Source of the DNA: an uncultured Spirochaetales bacterium
Lineage (GTDB): Bacteria > Desulfobacterota_D > UBA1144
DNA length: 64,000 nucleotides
Direction: 5' to 3'
Assembly: GCA_964440275.1 (NCBI GenBank)
Contig: CAYTRR010000013.1
Span: 3,054-67,053, forward strand
The notes below the pieces were generated by a model. It was not told the origin of the DNA. It searched no databases and saw only the letters and a program-made list of their open reading frames with translations. Positions 1-8,967 of this stretch are shown in pieces. Within the stretch, counting starts at the first letter, position 1. The number at the start of each line of letters is the position of its first letter. The position numbers and the translations under genes were made by a program.

Positions 1-141
1 AGTGGAGAAATATTAGAAGTAAAATTATCTGAAGGAGAACCGCTAGAGTCAGTTCCCGAAAATGTTGAGCACGAGGGACATCAGATAATTTCCATAGAAC
101 CAAATGGTGATGACTCTAGAGTATTTATTAAAAAAGCCTAA
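1..141 (+). CDS. TusA/SirA-family sulfur-carrier protein, C-terminal fragment (N-terminus upstream of window)
   Basis: Frame +1 is open from base 1 to TAA at 139-141 and reads SGEILEVKLSEGEPLESVPENVEHEGHQIISIEPNGDDSRVFIKKA. This aligns position for position with the C-terminal half of E. coli TusA ([30 protein letters not shown]...YLIRKG). It is missing from the ORF track only because the window edge truncates it. The Cys-Pro active-site motif is not visible. Confidence 0.55.
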   Translation, partial: SGEILEVKLSEGEPLESVPENVEHEGHQIISIEPNGDDSRVFIKKA

Positions 142-142
142 A

Positions 143-1066
143 ATGGGACACTCTGTTAAGGATTTATCAAAAATTAATTCTGTTATAGATTTAATTGGTA
201 GTACTCCTTTAATTAAACTAAATAGTTTTCCTGAGATTCAGTCAGACAATGAAATTTATATAAAAGCTGAATGGTTTAATCCTGGTGGTTCAATTAAAGA
301 CAGAGCTGCCTTAAAGATGATTCTGGAAGGTATCAATAACAATGAATTGAATTCAAAGAAGACTATAATGGATTCTTCATCTGGGAACACTGCTATAGCA
401 TACGCTATGATTGGTGCTGCTCTTGGATACAAAGTTGAATTAGTAACACCAGAAAATATTAATATAGAAAGAAAGAAAACGTTAGAAGCTTATGGGGCAA
501 AAATTATTTATTCAAGTCCATTTGAGGGCTCAGATGGTGCAATCATCGAAGCAAGAAAATTAGCTCATAAATTTTCCGATAAATATTTTATGCCTGATCA
601 ATACAATAATCCTTCAAACCCTTTAGCGCATTTTGAAACTACAGGACCTGAAATATGGGATCAAACAAAAGGAAAAATAACTCATTTGGTTTCTGGAATT
701 GGAACAAGTGGAACCATTATGGGTGCTGGCAAATTTTTAAAAAATAAAAATCCGAATATAAAACTCATAGGTGTACAACCTGATAATTCGCTTCATGGCT
801 TAGAAGGGCTGAAACATATACCCACTTCAATAAGACCAGGTATTTACAATGAAAAAGGAATTGATGAAACTTTCTGGGCCAATACGGAAAAATCTTATGA
901 GATAATGGAAAGACTAGTCAACTTAGAAGGAATGTTTGTTGGACATTCGGGTGGTGCAGTTGTTTTGTCTGCATTAGAAGAGCTGAAAAAAAACCAAAAT
1001 GCTTTAATTGTATGTATAGTCCCGGATGGTGGATATAGATATTTAAGTGGGGGTGTTTGGTGGTAA
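143..1066 (+). CDS. cysM: Cysteine synthase (CysK/CysM family PLP-dependent sulfhydrylase)
   Basis: Motifs IGSTPLIKLN, PLP-lysine context NPGGSIKDRAA, SSGNTAIA and GIGTSGT. ATG at 143 is 1 nt after the upstream stop and gives a normal N-terminus. The track start at 104 would overlap the upstream gene by 38 nt. Confidence 0.9.
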   Translation: MGHSVKDLSKINSVIDLIGSTPLIKLNSFPEIQSDNEIYIKAEWFNPGGSIKDRAALKMILEGINNNELNSKKTIMDSSSGNTAIAYAMIGAALGYKVELVTPENINIERKKTLEAYGAKIIYSSPFEGSDGAIIEARKLAHKFSDKYFMPDQYNNPSNPLAHFETTGPEIWDQTKGKITHLVSGIGTSGTIMGAGKFLKNKNPNIKLIGVQPDNSLHGLEGLKHIPTSIRPGIYNEKGIDETFWANTEKSYEIMERLVNLEGMFVGHSGGAVVLSALEELKKNQNALIVCIVPDGGYRYLSGGVWW

Positions 1067-1488
1067 AAATATCAACTGATACAAATAAGAAGCTTATCAA
1101 GATATGCGAAAATGGCTTTCCAAATGAGGTATGTGGTGTTTTGGTAGGAAAAATAACTGGGGATAATTATGATAGATATGATATTTTAGATTTTGCTGCT
1201 TGTAAGAATTTAAATACAGAAAGAGCAGTGGATAGGTATGAGCTAGACCCAAGAGATTATATGCTTGCAGACAAAGAAGCTAGTTCCAAGGGGCATGAGA
1301 TAATAGGCATATATCATTCACACCCTAACCATCCAGCTATAGCTTCTAAAACAGATAAATTGTTTGCTCAAGAACGTTATATTTATTTAATTTATTCCAT
1401 ATATGAAAAAGAATATAAAAATTTAATAGGATGGGTTCTTAATAAAAGAGAAGATAAAATGGATCAAATATTAATAGAAATATCATGA
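1057..1488 (+). CDS. Stand-alone JAMM/MPN+ (Mov34) zinc metalloprotease, Mec (CysO-cysteine hydrolase)-like
   Basis: Catalytic Glu context NEVCGVLVG and a complete JAMM motif HSHPNHPAIASKTD (H-x-H-x7-S-x2-D); 143 aa. Non-ATG start (TTG 1057 or GTG 1060) overlaps the cysM stop codon at 1064-1066. Confidence 0.85.
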   Translation: MVVKISTDTNKKLIKICENGFPNEVCGVLVGKITGDNYDRYDILDFAACKNLNTERAVDRYELDPRDYMLADKEASSKGHEIIGIYHSHPNHPAIASKTDKLFAQERYIYLIYSIYEKEYKNLIGWVLNKREDKMDQILIEIS

Positions 1489-2204
1489 AAAAACAGAAGA
1501 AAGTAATAATGATTACTGGCGCAGCCAAGAGAATTGGCAAAGAAATTATCCTTAGACTACCAATAGAAGAATATAATTTTGTAGTACATTTTAATAGATC
1601 TAAAAAAGAGGCGAAAACCCTTGTCAGGCAAATAAAAGATAAAGGTGGTGATGCAAAGTCTATACAATTTAATTTATCTAATACCAAATCTATAGAAAAG
1701 TTTTGTAAATCATGTGAAGCACTTTATGGAAGAGTGGACATATTAATAAATAATGCATCTGAGTTTAAAAGCCAGGATTTTTTTAGAGTAAAAGAAAAAG
1801 ACTTTGATAATATGATTGGAGTAAATCTTAAAGCTCCATTCTTTCTTTCTAAATTTTTTTCTAAAGGTATGAAAAAAAGAAAGTATGGGAAGATTATCAA
1901 TATTACGGATTCTATAGGTACGAGTAAAACATGGAAAGAATTTTCTACTTATTGTATATCTAAAGGAGGCTTGGAGACAATGACAAAAGCTCTTGCTTTA
2001 GAACTAAGTCCTTATGTCCAAGTAAATTCGGTAGCACCAGGTGCTATACTAAAGCCTGTTACAAGGATAAAAAAAATATATAGAAAAAAATATCCTTCTG
2101 AAAAATCTTTACAAAGTTTAGTTGCCACAATTAATCTTTTATTGAGTTCTGATTTTATTACAGGTGAAAGTATCAATGTAGATGGTGGCGAAAGACTGAT
2201 TTAG
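1485..2204 (+). CDS. Short-chain dehydrogenase/reductase, pteridine/dihydromonapterin reductase (FolM/PTR1)-like
   Basis: Cofactor loop ITGAAKRIGKEI, catalytic YCISK (Y-x3-K), VNSVAPGAIL and C-terminal ITGESINVDGGERL all parallel E. coli FolM as I recall it. ATGA overlap with the upstream gene. Confidence 0.6.
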   Translation: MKKQKKVIMITGAAKRIGKEIILRLPIEEYNFVVHFNRSKKEAKTLVRQIKDKGGDAKSIQFNLSNTKSIEKFCKSCEALYGRVDILINNASEFKSQDFFRVKEKDFDNMIGVNLKAPFFLSKFFSKGMKKRKYGKIINITDSIGTSKTWKEFSTYCISKGGLETMTKALALELSPYVQVNSVAPGAILKPVTRIKKIYRKKYPSEKSLQSLVATINLLLSSDFITGESINVDGGERLI

Positions 2205-3244
2205 CCTTTATTATTTATCCCTATTATCTCAGACAAATCCTTTACTCCTTCCTCTTCCATTAATGAAATAATTTCATTGTTAATATTCCTTATGAGACTC
2301 GGTCCTTCGTAAACAAAAGATGTATAAAGTTGGACTAAATTAGCACCTAATTTCATTTTTTCATAAACATCTTTTCCACTGAAGATACCTCCTGTTCCAA
2401 TAATTGGAATAGCACCTTTTGTTATACTGTAAGCAAAAGATAATTTTTCATTTGATAATTTTAACAATGGCTCTCCAGACAGACCACCTTCTTGATCTTG
2501 AAATCTTGATTTTAATTTAAAGTTTCTTGTATTAGTTGTATTTGTTAATATCAATCCATCTAAATTAAATTTTAATATTGATTCAATAGCTAGAGCTAAC
2601 TGTGTGTTATCAATATCTGGAGAAAGCTTTACAAAAATTGGTTTATTCGAAAGCCTGTTGTTTTGGATTTCTCTCAACAGGGTATCAATCTCTTGGTTCT
2701 CAAAATCTCTTAGATTAGGAGTGTTGGGAGAAGAAACGTTGATTGTTATATAGTCAGAAAGCTTGTCTACGTTCACTAAGCTCTTGATGTAATCGTCTAT
2801 CCTATTTTTAGATTCTTTGTTTGGTCCAATGTTGATTCCTAGTTTGTTGGTTCTACTAGAATCAATATTGTTTGAAATGTTTTTACAGATATCTTCTAGA
2901 CCTATATTGTTAAATCCAAGTCGGTTAATTAATCCATTATCTTCTTCGAGTCTAAAAAGTCTTGGTCTAGGATTTCCTTCCTGGGCCAGAGGTGTCACTG
3001 TGCCAACTTCAACAAAACCAAATCCTATTTTAAATAACTCTCTAAAAACTTCAGCATTTTTATCGAAGCCTGCCGCCATTCCAACTGGTGAAGTAAAAAT
3101 CAAATCTCCTAGAGGTATCTTTAAATTTGTATCAGGAGTATGGTAATAAAAATTGAGAAAACCAAACCTAATTAGTTTAATAGCTAAATTATGAGCAAGC
3201 TCGGGCTCAAGAGTCCACAATAAAGGTCTAATGAGGCTATACAT
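2201..3244 (-). CDS. pyrD: Dihydroorotate dehydrogenase (quinone), class 2
   Basis: N-terminal LIRPLLWTLEPELAHNLAIKL, GFVEVGTVTP, NRLGFNN, NVSSPNTPNLR and IIGTGGI; 347 aa. Confidence 0.93.
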   Translation of the reverse strand: MYSLIRPLLWTLEPELAHNLAIKLIRFGFLNFYYHTPDTNLKIPLGDLIFTSPVGMAAGFDKNAEVFRELFKIGFGFVEVGTVTPLAQEGNPRPRLFRLEEDNGLINRLGFNNIGLEDICKNISNNIDSSRTNKLGINIGPNKESKNRIDDYIKSLVNVDKLSDYITINVSSPNTPNLRDFENQEIDTLLREIQNNRLSNKPIFVKLSPDIDNTQLALAIESILKFNLDGLILTNTTNTRNFKLKSRFQDQEGGLSGEPLLKLSNEKLSFAYSITKGAIPIIGTGGIFSGKDVYEKMKLGANLVQLYTSFVYEGPSLIRNINNEIISLMEEEGVKDLSEIIGINNKG

Positions 3245-3338
3245 ATAAAGTAAATGTATTTTAACTCTTAAAACTACTAATTAAAATAAAAATTTGACTT
3301 ATTTTTTTGTGTTCGCTATTTTCTTTAAAAGAGCATAA

Positions 3339-5459
3339 ATGTTTAATTTTAAAAGCAAAACAAGTAGTTCATTAAAAATCGTTTTTCGGTATTTAATTAA
3401 TATAGTTGGAATACTAATATTTTTACTCCTTACTATAGGCGGTATTGTTAATTTTCTTGAATTTGAAAACGACTCTGATTTAATTGGTAAATTTGGAAGT
3501 CAAATTTCATCAAATTATTATTATCTTTTTGGTTTGTCTGGGTTAATAATTTCTGTTTTTATTGTTTTCTTTCTTTCTAAATCCTTCAAAGAAAAACAAG
3601 AGGACAGCTTCTGGAAAGAACTATTCTTTATAGTTTTGATTGCAATTTCTGTCGGTGGTTTACTAAAAATAGCGAAGATTTTATTTGATTTTACTCCATT
3701 TGAATTTATCGGTTATATACCAAGCAAAATAACAGAATTTCTGGTTTATAAAATAACTGGGATTTTAGGCACATCCGTGTTTTATATTTTTATACTTTTC
3801 CTTTCTCTCTATCAACTAAATGACAAATTTGTTAAAAACTCTTTTTCTAATTTTTACAATATGATTTTAAAAGTTTTATCTATAAAGAAAAAAGATGGAT
3901 TAAAACAAGCAAGTGGCCAAGATGAAATAAAAATCAACACTAATAATGACTATGAGACAAAATCAATACCTGATGAAAAGATTCAAGAGTTACAAGTTGA
4001 TAATCAGCTTAAGAAGAGTCCTGATTTAGAAAAGAAAAAATCTCATTACGGAAAATTTGTACTTCCGTCACTAGATTTATTAGATGATCCGAAAGTAGAA
4101 CCTGTACCATACGACAAAGAAGTAGCTCTTCAAAAGGCTAGATTAATAGAAGAAAAATTATTAAACTTCGGAATTGAAGGCAAGATTACTGAGGTAAAGC
4201 CAGGTCCTGTTATAACATTATACGAATACAAACCTGCTCCTGGAACAAAAATAAACAAAATTGCATCTCTATCAAATGATTTAGCAATGGCATTAAAGGC
4301 TACCAGAGTGAGAATTATTGCTCCTATACCTGGGAAAGATGTTGTAGGTATTGAAGTACCAAATGAGATTAGAGAAACAGTTTACTTAAAAGAGCTGTTA
4401 TCCAAAAAACAATTCAAAAAAATGCAAAGCCCTGTATATTTATCCCTTGGAAAAGATATATCTGGCACGCCTTTCTTTGCTGATTTAAGAAAAGCGCCAC
4501 ACTTAATGGTTGCTGGCACAACTGGATCAGGGAAGAGCGTGTTTCTTCATAGCATAATAACCAGCATGCTATACAAAGCTACGCCTAAAGACTTAAAATT
4601 TATAATGATTGACCCAAAAATGCTTGAACTATCTGGTTATGAAGATATTCCACACTTGTTGCACCCTGTAGTTACAAATCCGAAGAAAGCTGCTGCTGCA
4701 TTAAAGTGGGCAGTAAAAGAAATGGAAACAAGGTACAAGCTTTTATCGGATATAGGAGTTAGGGATATCGATTCTTACAATGAAAGAATACTAAAAATGA
4801 AAGATTATGATTCTGGCTCAGATAGTTTGCCATTCATTGTAATCATAATAGACGAACTGGCCGATTTAATGTTTGTGGCACCAAACGAAATAAAAGAATC
4901 AATAACAAGGTTGTCACAAATGGCAAGAGCTGCCGGCATACACTTAGTAGTTGCAAGCCAAAGACCATCGGCTGATGTTGTCGCGGGGTTAATCAAAGCG
5001 AATTTTCCTGCGAGAATATCTTTCGCTGTATCATCGAAGACAGATTCTAGAATAATTTTAGATTCATCAGGAGCTGAGGAACTTCTTGGTAAAGGTGACA
5101 TGCTACTATTAGAACCTCCTAATAATCTAATTAGAATACAGGGGTCAATGATTTCAGACAAAGAAAGAGAAAATATTTCAACTTTCTTAAGAACACAAGG
5201 CGCCCCTAATTATAACAATGATATTACAAAGATTGATGAAGAAGAAGCGCAGCAAGGTAGCTTCTCTTATGAAAAAGATGAGCTTTATGACCAAGCTCTA
5301 GACATTGTTAAACAAACAAAACAAGCATCAATTTCAATGATTCAGAGAAGGTTAAAGATTGGTTACAACAGAGCCGCTAATATTATTGAAATGATGGAAA
5401 GAGAAGGGATAGTAGGAGAACAAGAATCTGCAGGGAAACCAAGAAAAGTCTATCTATAA
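3339..5459 (+). CDS. ftsK: DNA translocase FtsK
   Basis: N-terminal transmembrane segments, Walker A GTTGSGKSV, Walker B IVIIIDELADLM and a C-terminal winged-helix gamma domain ISMIQRRLKIGYNRAANIIEMMEREGIV. Confidence 0.95.
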   Translation: MFNFKSKTSSSLKIVFRYLINIVGILIFLLLTIGGIVNFLEFENDSDLIGKFGSQISSNYYYLFGLSGLIISVFIVFFLSKSFKEKQEDSFWKELFFIVLIAISVGGLLKIAKILFDFTPFEFIGYIPSKITEFLVYKITGILGTSVFYIFILFLSLYQLNDKFVKNSFSNFYNMILKVLSIKKKDGLKQASGQDEIKINTNNDYETKSIPDEKIQELQVDNQLKKSPDLEKKKSHYGKFVLPSLDLLDDPKVEPVPYDKEVALQKARLIEEKLLNFGIEGKITEVKPGPVITLYEYKPAPGTKINKIASLSNDLAMALKATRVRIIAPIPGKDVVGIEVPNEIRETVYLKELLSKKQFKKMQSPVYLSLGKDISGTPFFADLRKAPHLMVAGTTGSGKSVFLHSIITSMLYKATPKDLKFIMIDPKMLELSGYEDIPHLLHPVVTNPKKAAAALKWAVKEMETRYKLLSDIGVRDIDSYNERILKMKDYDSGSDSLPFIVIIIDELADLMFVAPNEIKESITRLSQMARAAGIHLVVASQRPSADVVAGLIKANFPARISFAVSSKTDSRIILDSSGAEELLGKGDMLLLEPPNNLIRIQGSMISDKERENISTFLRTQGAPNYNNDITKIDEEEAQQGSFSYEKDELYDQALDIVKQTKQASISMIQRRLKIGYNRAANIIEMMEREGIVGEQESAGKPRKVYL

Positions 5460-6389
5460 ACAATCTTTATACATTTTAATTGCGAGCAATATTGCCTGCT
5501 CCATGCTATTAGTCGAGGCTTTCTTTTTCCATGCAACATCATAAGCAGTTCCATGATCTGGAGATGTTCTAACAAACGGCAAATTAAGACTCACGTTGAC
5601 TCCAGTATCAAAAGACAACATCTTAAACGGAATAAGTGCCTGATCATGGTAAGGACACAATACAATATCATATTTTTTTCTATTGTTGTAGACAAACAAT
5701 GTATCCGAGGGGAACGGACCTTCGACAAAAATTTTCTTTTTCCTTGCCATACTAACAGCCGGAAAAGTTATTCTCTGGTCATCATTTCCTATGTTTCCAT
5801 CTTCTGATGCATGTGGGTTGATTGCCGCTAGAGCGATTTTAGGATTTTTAATACCAAAATAATTTTTTAATGCTTTATCTAAAATAATAAGATGGTTAAG
5901 CAAAAGATTTGCATTTAATTTTTTAACTACATTCTTTAACGGTATGTGTGCTGTCGAGACAGCTACATTGATATCCTTAGAAAAAAATGACATTAAAACT
6001 GTATCAACTTTAAAATGCTTTTGTAATAAATCTGTATGGCCTTTAAATTTAGAACCTGCCTTGGCGATTGCAGTCTTGCTAATTGGTGCTGTAACAAGAC
6101 AGTCCGCATGTCTATTTTCAATAAGATTGATGCCACAGTTTATATAATCAAGTGAGGCTTTCCCTGAAAGTATAGTTGGTCTTCCAGCATTTATTTTGAC
6201 TTTATTGTATCTTTTCAATATTGTGATTCTTTTATCTAATCTAATTTTAAGTAAGTCTAAAACTTCAGCATCAGCAATAAGTATAGGATTACAGAAAGCT
6301 AGGATTTCTTTTTTATTTATAGATTTTACTGCAACCTCAGGTCCAATCCCATTAAAGTCTCCTATCGTAATTGCTATAGTTGGTTTCAT
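5454..6389 (-). CDS. pdxA: 4-hydroxythreonine-4-phosphate dehydrogenase
   Basis: IAITIGDFNGIGPEV, GHTDLL, INPHASEDG and TSPDHGTAYD; 311 aa. Confidence 0.9.
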   Translation of the reverse strand: MKPTIAITIGDFNGIGPEVAVKSINKKEILAFCNPILIADAEVLDLLKIRLDKRITILKRYNKVKINAGRPTILSGKASLDYINCGINLIENRHADCLVTAPISKTAIAKAGSKFKGHTDLLQKHFKVDTVLMSFFSKDINVAVSTAHIPLKNVVKKLNANLLLNHLIILDKALKNYFGIKNPKIALAAINPHASEDGNIGNDDQRITFPAVSMARKKKIFVEGPFPSDTLFVYNNRKKYDIVLCPYHDQALIPFKMLSFDTGVNVSLNLPFVRTSPDHGTAYDVAWKKKASTNSMEQAILLAIKMYKDCL

Positions 6390-7138
6390 AATTTAAAAAA
6401 TTTAACTGTATTGTTTCTTATTTTTTCGGAAATTATTAAATACTCCTCTTTTTTAATTAATGATAAACATTCTGCTATGTATACGAGATTCCTCGGATGG
6501 TTATCCTTTCCTCTATTTGGTTCAGGTGATAGATATGGTGAATCAGTTTCTATCATAATTCTATCTGTAGGTATATAATCAACTACCTCACGTAATTCGT
6601 TAGATTTTTTAAAGGTTATTATCCCTGTAAAAGAAATATAAGAACCCAAATCCAAAAAGACTTTCGCATCTTTCTTGTTTCCAGTAAAACAATGGACTAC
6701 AAAATTTGTAGTTGGTTTTCTATTCTTTAGAAAAAAAGCAATCTCCTTATAAGATTCTCTTGAATGAATTATAAAAGGTAGCTTGTTTCTTTCTGCTATT
6801 TCTACCTGCCTATCAAAGAAAAGGGATTGTTGATCCTCGTTGTCCTTTGAATAGTAAAAGTCTAATCCTATTTCACCTATAGCCTTATTGTTTGAATCAA
6901 TACTTAACTCTTCTATTTTGTCCAAATCCATAAGATTGAGGGTTCCAATATCACAAGGATGTATACCTACTGCGCTGTAAACTTCATCGAATTCATTTGC
7001 TATTTTAATATTGTGAATAGATGAAGTTATGTCCGTTGAAACTGAAATTACCTCGGTTACGTTTGATTCAATACATTCAGTTATTACTTTTCGTGTATCT
7101 CCTAAACTGTTCAGATGTGCATGTGTATCAATTAGCAT
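6386..7138 (-). CDS. tatD: TatD-family metal-dependent hydrolase/DNase
   Basis: MLIDTHAHLN start, GIHP, GEIGLDFYY and ETDSPYL; 250 aa. Confidence 0.9.
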   Translation of the reverse strand: MLIDTHAHLNSLGDTRKVITECIESNVTEVISVSTDITSSIHNIKIANEFDEVYSAVGIHPCDIGTLNLMDLDKIEELSIDSNNKAIGEIGLDFYYSKDNEDQQSLFFDRQVEIAERNKLPFIIHSRESYKEIAFFLKNRKPTTNFVVHCFTGNKKDAKVFLDLGSYISFTGIITFKKSNELREVVDYIPTDRIMIETDSPYLSPEPNRGKDNHPRNLVYIAECLSLIKKEEYLIISEKIRNNTVKFFKL

Positions 7139-7143
7139 GTTTG

Positions 7144-7605
7144 CTATTCTTCTTTTACCAATATTTTTAATTCTTCTAAAAATTCGGATAAATCGTCAAA
7201 CGCACGGTAAACAGACGCAAATCTTATATATGCTACCTGATCAATTTCATAGAGATGCCTAGTAACAAGTTCCCCTATCTCACTTGAATTTATTTCACGT
7301 TTTCCGGATTCAATTAATTTTTTCTCTATAAGAAATACAACGTTTTCTATTTGTTTAATGCTAACTGGTCTTTTCTCACATGCTGTAAGCATTCCATTGA
7401 TAATCTTGGATTTGTCATATTTCTGTGTTGCTCCGTCTTTTTTAATTACAACTAATTCGTATTCCTCAACTCTTTCATAGGTAGTAAAACGTTGACCGCA
7501 ACCAATACATTCTCTTCTTCTTCTTATAGATTTTGAATCTGTTCCTGGTCGTGAATCGATTACTCTAGACTCAGTACTAGAACAATTTGGATTATCACAA
7601 AACAT
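7144..7605 (-). CDS. nrdR: Transcriptional repressor NrdR
   Basis: Zinc ribbon MFCDNPNC...CIGCGQRFTTYERVE followed by an ATP-cone; 153 aa. It lies downstream of glyA, as in many bacteria. Confidence 0.95.
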   Translation of the reverse strand: MFCDNPNCSSTESRVIDSRPGTDSKSIRRRRECIGCGQRFTTYERVEEYELVVIKKDGATQKYDKSKIINGMLTACEKRPVSIKQIENVVFLIEKKLIESGKREINSSEIGELVTRHLYEIDQVAYIRFASVYRAFDDLSEFLEELKILVKEE

Positions 7606-7653
7606 AAAAAAGATACTATCACAAAATTACAATAAAGACTTAAAATATGGGTG

Positions 7654-8895
7654 TCATATTAAATGTGAATAAATTGGAAATTGCATGCAAAGATTTTTCA
7701 CTTCTTCTTTGCAAGATGACAAAATCTCGTCATTCTGGTGATTATTCAAGGCCTTAGATATAAAATCGGCTATCAATTCGACTTCTTTCTCTTTCATGCC
7801 TCTTGTTGTTATACCAGGAGTTCCTATCCTTACTCCAGAAGCTATAGCGGGGGGTTGAGGGTCAAAAGGGATTGCATTTTTATTTGTTGTAATTCCAGCA
7901 TCAGATAAAGCTTTTTCGGCTTCTTTTCCAGTTAGTCCAGACTCTCTTAAATCTAAAAGTACTAAATGTGTATCAGTTCCACCAGTAATACATTGAAAAC
8001 CATTTTGAATTAATAGTTCTGCCAAAAGTCTAGAATTAATTAACACTTGTTTTTGGTACTCTTTGAATGAATCATCTAAGGCTTCTTTGAATGCGACAGC
8101 TTTAGCTGCAATCATGTTCATCAAGGGGCCTCCTTGTGTTCCTGGAAAAACTCTACTGTTGATTATTTTTGCATGCTCTTCTTTCATCATGATCATTCCA
8201 CCCCTTGGTCCCCGGAGAGTTTTATGTGTTGTTGTTGTTACAAAATCACAATGAGGTATCGGGTTAGAATAAAGTCCAGCCGCAATAAGACCAGATGGAT
8301 GAGCAATATCTGCCAATAAAAGTGAGCCTGATTTATTTGCTATCTCTCTAAATCTTGCAAAGTCTAAATCTCTTGGATATGAGCTCCATCCAGCAATAAT
8401 TAGTTTTGGTTTGTTCTTAAGTGCGAGTTCCTCTATTTGATCGTAATCAATAAGAAATGTATCTTTCTTGACTCCATAAGAAATGGAGTTATAAACTCTG
8501 CCTGAAAAATTTACCTTCGATCCATGCGATAGATGCCCTCCATGATCAAGACTCATTCCCAAAATTGTATCTCCTGGATTCAAGAAACCCAGAAAAACAG
8601 CCATGTTTGCCTGTGCTCCAGAATGGGGTTGGACGTTGACTTCCTCTGCTCCAAACAATCGCTTTGCTCTGTCTATAGCCAATTCTTCAGCTTGATCATA
8701 ATACTGGCAACCACCATAGTAGCGCTTCCCAGGGTAGCCTTCAGCATATTTATTCGTAAATGGAGAACCCATTACATCCATCACCTCTTGGCTTGCATAA
8801 TTCTCGGATGCAATCATTTGAAGTTCAAATTCTTGTCTACTTATTTCCTTGTTAATTAGGTTGAAAATTTCAGAATCTTTGTCTAATAGACCCAT
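7654..8895 (-). CDS. glyA: Serine hydroxymethyltransferase
   Basis: [12 protein letters not shown]-lysine segment [15 protein letters not shown] prefer the internal ATG ([11 protein letters not shown]..., 8893-8895), which gives a normal N-terminus. The track ORF extends to 8940. Confidence 0.95.
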   Translation of the reverse strand: MGLLDKDSEIFNLINKEISRQEFELQMIASENYASQEVMDVMGSPFTNKYAEGYPGKRYYGGCQYYDQAEELAIDRAKRLFGAEEVNVQPHSGAQANMAVFLGFLNPGDTILGMSLDHGGHLSHGSKVNFSGRVYNSISYGVKKDTFLIDYDQIEELALKNKPKLIIAGWSSYPRDLDFARFREIANKSGSLLLADIAHPSGLIAAGLYSNPIPHCDFVTTTTHKTLRGPRGGMIMMKEEHAKIINSRVFPGTQGGPLMNMIAAKAVAFKEALDDSFKEYQKQVLINSRLLAELLIQNGFQCITGGTDTHLVLLDLRESGLTGKEAEKALSDAGITTNKNAIPFDPQPPAIASGVRIGTPGITTRGMKEKEVELIADFISKALNNHQNDEILSSCKEEVKNLCMQFPIYSHLI

Positions 8896-8967
8896 AAGAG
8901 TATTATTCAGGTTACTTAAATTGAAAAAAAATTCAAGCAAGGCAATAAATATAGTTAATATTAATAT

